Below are positions 30,670 to 33,654 of a DNA stretch of 33,654 nucleotides, one piece after another. The stretch is from a virus (taxonomy: Duplodnaviria > Caudoviricetes). The translations under genes and the position numbers were made by a program. Position 1 is the stretch's first letter. The number at the start of each line of letters is the position of its first letter. Location of the stretch: positions 1 to 33,654 of IMG/VR virus record IMGVR_UViG_3300037420_000377; one strand, written 5' to 3'. The notes under the pieces are model-generated. The model was given only the letters and a program-made list of their open reading frames with translations, did no database searches and was not told where the DNA came from.

Positions 30670-31386
30670 CTAGACCTTGATGATGAAGTGGAGCCCAATG
30701 ACGGGAGGGAGCGTGTCGATGGTCAGGTTGATCGCGCCGAGCGAGACGGTCCCGCTGAAGGTGTGCGAGTGGTCGCCCTGACTGTCTGTCGCCCCGGAGA
30801 TCGTGTGGCTGTGCGGGTTCGTGATCGAGGTCACGTATGGGCCGGTGTCCGATCCCACGACCGAGTAGTCGCCGGTTCGCGTACCGAAAGTGACGCTCCC
30901 CGCGGCAGCTGCCAGGGTCCCGCCGCCGTGCGTATGGGCCCCAGCGACACTGGTGGTCCCTGAGACGTTGGCGGTCGCTCCGCTGGTCGACCCGGAGCCC
31001 GTCTTGGCACCAGCAGTGGCGCCGAGGGTCGGAACGGATCCGCTCGTCGCCTTGACGCCCATCGGGATGCGGTCGGTCATGTCCGGGGTGGTGATCGTAC
31101 CGGAGCCATCGTACTTGTTGACCGTCTGCCCGTTGCAGAGGGCAAACCCGTCGGGCACGTCATTCGAGGCCCCATACCACATGAGGATCGAGCCCACCGG
31201 GACACTCGAGGCGGGACTGTTGATCTCGTCCTGAGTGAGGGTGACCGGACCAGTGATGTTCGGGAAGGTGTTCTTGAGGACGCTCTTGATCAGACGGAGG
31301 TGATCGTCGCCCTGCTTGAGGAGGTCGGTAGCAGCCGGGTTGAGGGGCTCCAGACCATCGATGTAAGAGGCGGACTCAATAGCCAT
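30670..31386 (-). CDS. Short tail fibre with phage tail-collar domain
   Basis: GDDHLRLIKSVLKNTFP anchor, PVGSILMWYG...PDGFALCNG...TPDM collar motif, HTH/HSH repeats, LPP...LHFIIK end. Confidence 0.85.
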   Translation of the reverse strand: MAIESASYIDGLEPLNPAATDLLKQGDDHLRLIKSVLKNTFPNITGPVTLTQDEINSPASSVPVGSILMWYGASNDVPDGFALCNGQTVNKYDGSGTITTPDMTDRIPMGVKATSGSVPTLGATAGAKTGSGSTSGATANVSGTTSVAGAHTHGGGTLAAAAGSVTFGTRTGDYSVVGSDTGPYVTSITNPHSHTISGATDSQGDHSHTFSGTVSLGAINLTIDTLPPVIGLHFIIKV

Positions 31387-31396
31387 GTAGAGGGGA

Positions 31397-31525
31397 CCTT
31401 AGGTCAGGCCTAAGGGACTTGAGTGACTTAAGGGACTAGAGAGTTTCTATATATCTCTCTTCGTCTAACCTTAAGTGACTAAAGCCCCCTATAGTCCCCC
31501 ACTAGGGTGACTTAAGGGCCTATGG
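31397..31525. repeat. Array of about 11 imperfect heptamers (A/C)CT(A/T)N(A/G)G, T7 SRL/SRR-like
   Basis: CCTTAGG, CCTAAGG, ACTTGAG, ACTTAAG, ACTAGAG, CCTTAAG, ACTAAAG, CCTATAG, ACTAGGG, ACTTAAG, CCTATGG, mostly at 9-nt spacing around an AT-rich centre. Confidence 0.75.
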
Positions 31526-31567
31526 TTGAGCTTGGGAACCACGGTGTTGCGTCTGGTTCCATCTAAT

Positions 31568-31581
31568 ACTCTACGTTTTAG
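31568..31581 (-). promoter_or_regulatory. Putative phage RNAP promoter, copy 3 (late/virion operon)
   Basis: TAAAACGTAGAGTATTAG aligns in length and ends with T7 TAATACGACTCACTATAG; upstream of the whole structural block. Confidence 0.78.
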
Positions 31582-31759
31582 CCCAAAAGTGTGACATCGC
31601 GTTGGAATATAAGGGGAAATCGGGAGGGGCAGGATCCTCGGTCCAGGATGGTACCTAACGTCCCTGCGGGTCCCATAGTCACCCGGGGTTCAGGTTGACC
31701 CCTACCCCCTCGAGATATTCGACTATTTTTCGGGAGGGACCCACTGCTCTCAAGGGTCG

Positions 31760-31774
31760 AACAACAACAACAAC
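31760..31774. repeat. (AAC)5 microsatellite in the non-coding region
   Basis: AACAACAACAACAAC read directly. Confidence 0.9.
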
Positions 31775-32220
31775 CGCGAGGGGCTTTAGCGGCTTTTTGA
31801 AATCGATTGTAACGGGGGACAACGGTCCCTGCAGCTGTCGAGAAGGGACCCGATTGGCCAGCAATCCCACGCACTTAGTCCCTCCAGCCCTCACGATCCT
31901 AGGTTATCTCCCGTTTGCTCAAGATATGACATCCGGAGCATGGGAGATTGGACATATGGGGCGCGAGGGACTGAGGGGACAGGCGGGACAGCGGGGGACA
32001 TTGCGACCGAGCGCTATGCCTCATCCCGGGCATTGGCTTTGAGTGAAAAGGTAAGACGTAGACCAGGGCGCATGGGTCTAGGAGCGCCGTAGAGCCACCG
32101 TACAGCAGCGATAGGCATGCGTCGGGTACATGACAGCCAGATTGTCTCCGATGCGCTCTAGCATGCCTTTACGGCGCTCTGTGACGATAGTGGATGATTG
32201 GCGACTGTAGCCAACGGGAT

Positions 32221-32254
32221 AACAAAAGGGACGGCCAGTCACCCAGCCGTCCCC
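32221..32254 (-). terminator. Intrinsic terminator ending the small-gene cluster
   Basis: GGGACGGCUGG-GUGA-CUGGCCGUCCC followed by UUUUGUU. Confidence 0.85.
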
Positions 32255-32284
32255 TCAGTTGTTGGCAGTCCGTTCGGTCAGCTG

Positions 32285-32452
32285 TCAGTCGGTAGACAGC
32301 CCCGCCGCGTCTAGGTCCGTTTCGTCCTCTTTGGTCAGCATAAGCTCTAGGACGTTAGCGTATGCGTCACGTCGATTGTGAACCGACGCACGGTCGCGGA
32401 GGGTGGCAATCTCCTGCTTCAATTCGTTCCAAGCGTTGCGATAGTCCATCAT
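32285..32452 (-). CDS. Small hypothetical protein
   Basis: AAGGGG RBS, MMDYRNAWNELKQEI..., amphipathic helices. Confidence 0.75.
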   Translation of the reverse strand: MMDYRNAWNELKQEIATLRDRASVHNRRDAYANVLELMLTKEDETDLDAAGLSTD

Positions 32453-32453
32453 C

Positions 32454-32996
32454 TCAATTCCCCTTCGCATATTGCCGCGCCTTGCGGACGAACAGTGAGC
32501 CGAGTGAGGCGATAGTGCCGCGAGGGTCGGTAGTCAGGATGTCGAGCGTCTGCACCTTGCGGGCTTCACGCTTGGCAATGATAACTTCACCGTGACCGAC
32601 TGAGGCGATGTGTCCCCCGGCTGGCACCTGATAGACCACGATCCGCGCCGAGTAGCGATTGAGGAACGTGCGCGCCTTCAGCGGGAACCAATCGAACAGG
32701 GACGCGAGGCTATCACAAGCGTAGAGGCAGGGCCCATGCGCTTCCCTGAACGGTTCGTCCGTGTAGTCCATCTGTTCGTGGTTGAGCTTGGCCAGTCTCA
32801 CGCATCCATCGCGGTCTAGCTCGTGGTAGGCCTTCAGGTTCTCCTCTTGAGTGTCGCCACAGCCGTTGTACGGACCATAGCCGTTGGGCATTTCGATCCG
32901 GTAGACGTTCGTCGGCTTGGCGACCGAGTGACCCGCATCGGCCTGAATGCGGCCCGCGCCCTCGCACATCATGTCGAAATCGATTGGATTAAGCAT
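32454..32996 (-). CDS. Hypothetical early protein, possible ADP-ribosyltransferase-like fold
   Basis: GAGGGG RBS, start trimmed to ATG 32996; VYR...ACDS...WF...VYQV...GEVII. Confidence 0.75.
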   Translation of the reverse strand: MLNPIDFDMMCEGAGRIQADAGHSVAKPTNVYRIEMPNGYGPYNGCGDTQEENLKAYHELDRDGCVRLAKLNHEQMDYTDEPFREAHGPCLYACDSLASLFDWFPLKARTFLNRYSARIVVYQVPAGGHIASVGHGEVIIAKREARKVQTLDILTTDPRGTIASLGSLFVRKARQYAKGN

Positions 32997-33009
32997 GTCC
33001 GTGTTCCCC

Positions 33010-33117
33010 TCAAAAGATGATTGCGGAAAGAATAGCCAGAGCAACCACGGTCCAGACCGCACCTAGCGCCAGTTGCTCCATATTCGTTGGAATGTATGGC
33101 TGTCGTTCGTTATGCAT
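33010..33117 (-). CDS. Membrane micropeptide (35 aa)
   Basis: MHNERQPYIPTNMEQLALGAVWTVVALAILSAIIF; GGAAAGG upstream. Confidence 0.55.
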   Translation of the reverse strand: MHNERQPYIPTNMEQLALGAVWTVVALAILSAIIF

Positions 33118-33184
33118 CGCGCATGACCTTTCCGCCGATGCGAACATAAAAAACGATAGCAATCACTATGACCACGAATGACAT
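33110..33184 (-). CDS. Membrane micropeptide (24 aa)
   Basis: MSFVVIVIAIVFYVRIGGKVMRDA; GGGAG RBS; starts 1 nt after the upstream stop. Confidence 0.5.
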   Translation of the reverse strand: MSFVVIVIAIVFYVRIGGKVMRDA

Positions 33185-33185
33185 A

Positions 33186-33320
33186 CTACCATCTCCCAGT
33201 CTTTAGACGAGCGGCCATGCAGATCAGCAAAGTGATAGGCATGGTGGCGATAATGGCGACCATCAGCATATCGCCCAGGGCTTCCCACTGTTGCGCCACT
33301 GTAAGGATGCAATCGCTCAC
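33186..33320 (-). CDS. Membrane micropeptide (44 aa)
   Basis: AAGGGAG RBS, GTG start, MSDCILTVAQQWEALGDMLMVAIIATMPITLLICMAARLKTGRW. Confidence 0.6.
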   Translation of the reverse strand: MSDCILTVAQQWEALGDMLMVAIIATMPITLLICMAARLKTGRW

Positions 33321-33334
33321 TGTTCTATCTCCCT

Positions 33335-33556
33335 TCAATCAATTGCTCGGATATCGTCGATGAAGCGGCTGACCCAGCCGTCCGCGATCCGAATAGCCAT
33401 GTAAGAAGCGCCGAGCGCGAGTAGCGCGATACTGAAAATCGCAAGCCACCACTCGGCATGGTGAAACTCGTTGATTGCATAGCCTACGGCGCAACCGTGT
33501 TCGGCAACGACAAAGGCCGAGTGACAACGAGCGTGGATAGTCTGAAGGATTGCCAT
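33335..33556 (-). CDS. Small membrane protein (73 aa)
   Basis: AGGAG RBS; TM segment WWLAIFSIALLALGASYMAI. Confidence 0.7.
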   Translation of the reverse strand: MAILQTIHARCHSAFVVAEHGCAVGYAINEFHHAEWWLAIFSIALLALGASYMAIRIADGWVSRFIDDIRAID

Positions 33557-33654
33557 TACTTGCTCTCTCCTAGCGATGTGAGGGGTTCCGACTTGACCAG
33601 ATGCGCTTTGGTTGGATCGAACATGACTTGATACTGCCCAAAGCGGACTGCATC

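Noticed and set aside
31397-31525. CRISPR-like array
   Set aside because: Repeats are 7 nt and degenerate with no spacers; no cas genes in the window.
31578-32042. ORFs 31578-31874, 31679-31894 and 31695-32042
   Set aside because: No convincing RBS, atypical codons, and poly-Cys/Val/Thr runs arise from the AAC repeat; the region looks non-coding.
33322-33336. Second LexA-like box GTTC-N7-CTTC
   Set aside because: Mismatch in a core position, and explained by the overlapping RBS.

Overview
The window is about 33.6 kb of a GC-rich podophage genome, probably infecting an alphaproteobacterium, with essentially all genes on the minus strand. In transcription order (right to left) it holds: small early-type genes and a terminator; a non-coding terminus/origin-like region; a virion and packaging module (collar fibre, nozzle, needle/tip proteins, ejection proteins, TerS, TerL, portal, scaffold, DUF5309/SU10-type capsid, adaptor, tailspike, holins); a lysogeny module (alphaproteobacterial LexA box, MarR-like gene, tyrosine integrase, attP carrying the 5' half of tRNA-Leu(UAA)); a T7-type single-subunit RNA polymerase; spanin-like genes; a beta-helix protein; and T7-like SSB, endonuclease I, GH108 endolysin and primase-helicase (truncated at the window edge). 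It looks like a temperate chimera of T7-type transcription/replication genes and non-T7 (Kuravirus/Zobellviridae-like) virion genes, captured in its non-integrated form. The strongest leads are: (i) an ORF translationally coupled to the integrase that runs through attP and so is intact only after excision, inside a putative SOS-controlled switch upstream of the RNAP gene; (ii) a candidate overprinted gene in the RNAP core; (iii) a 14-bp putative phage promoter paired with an elongated, duplicated RNAP specificity loop. Family assignments come from motif recognition by eye, not database searches.
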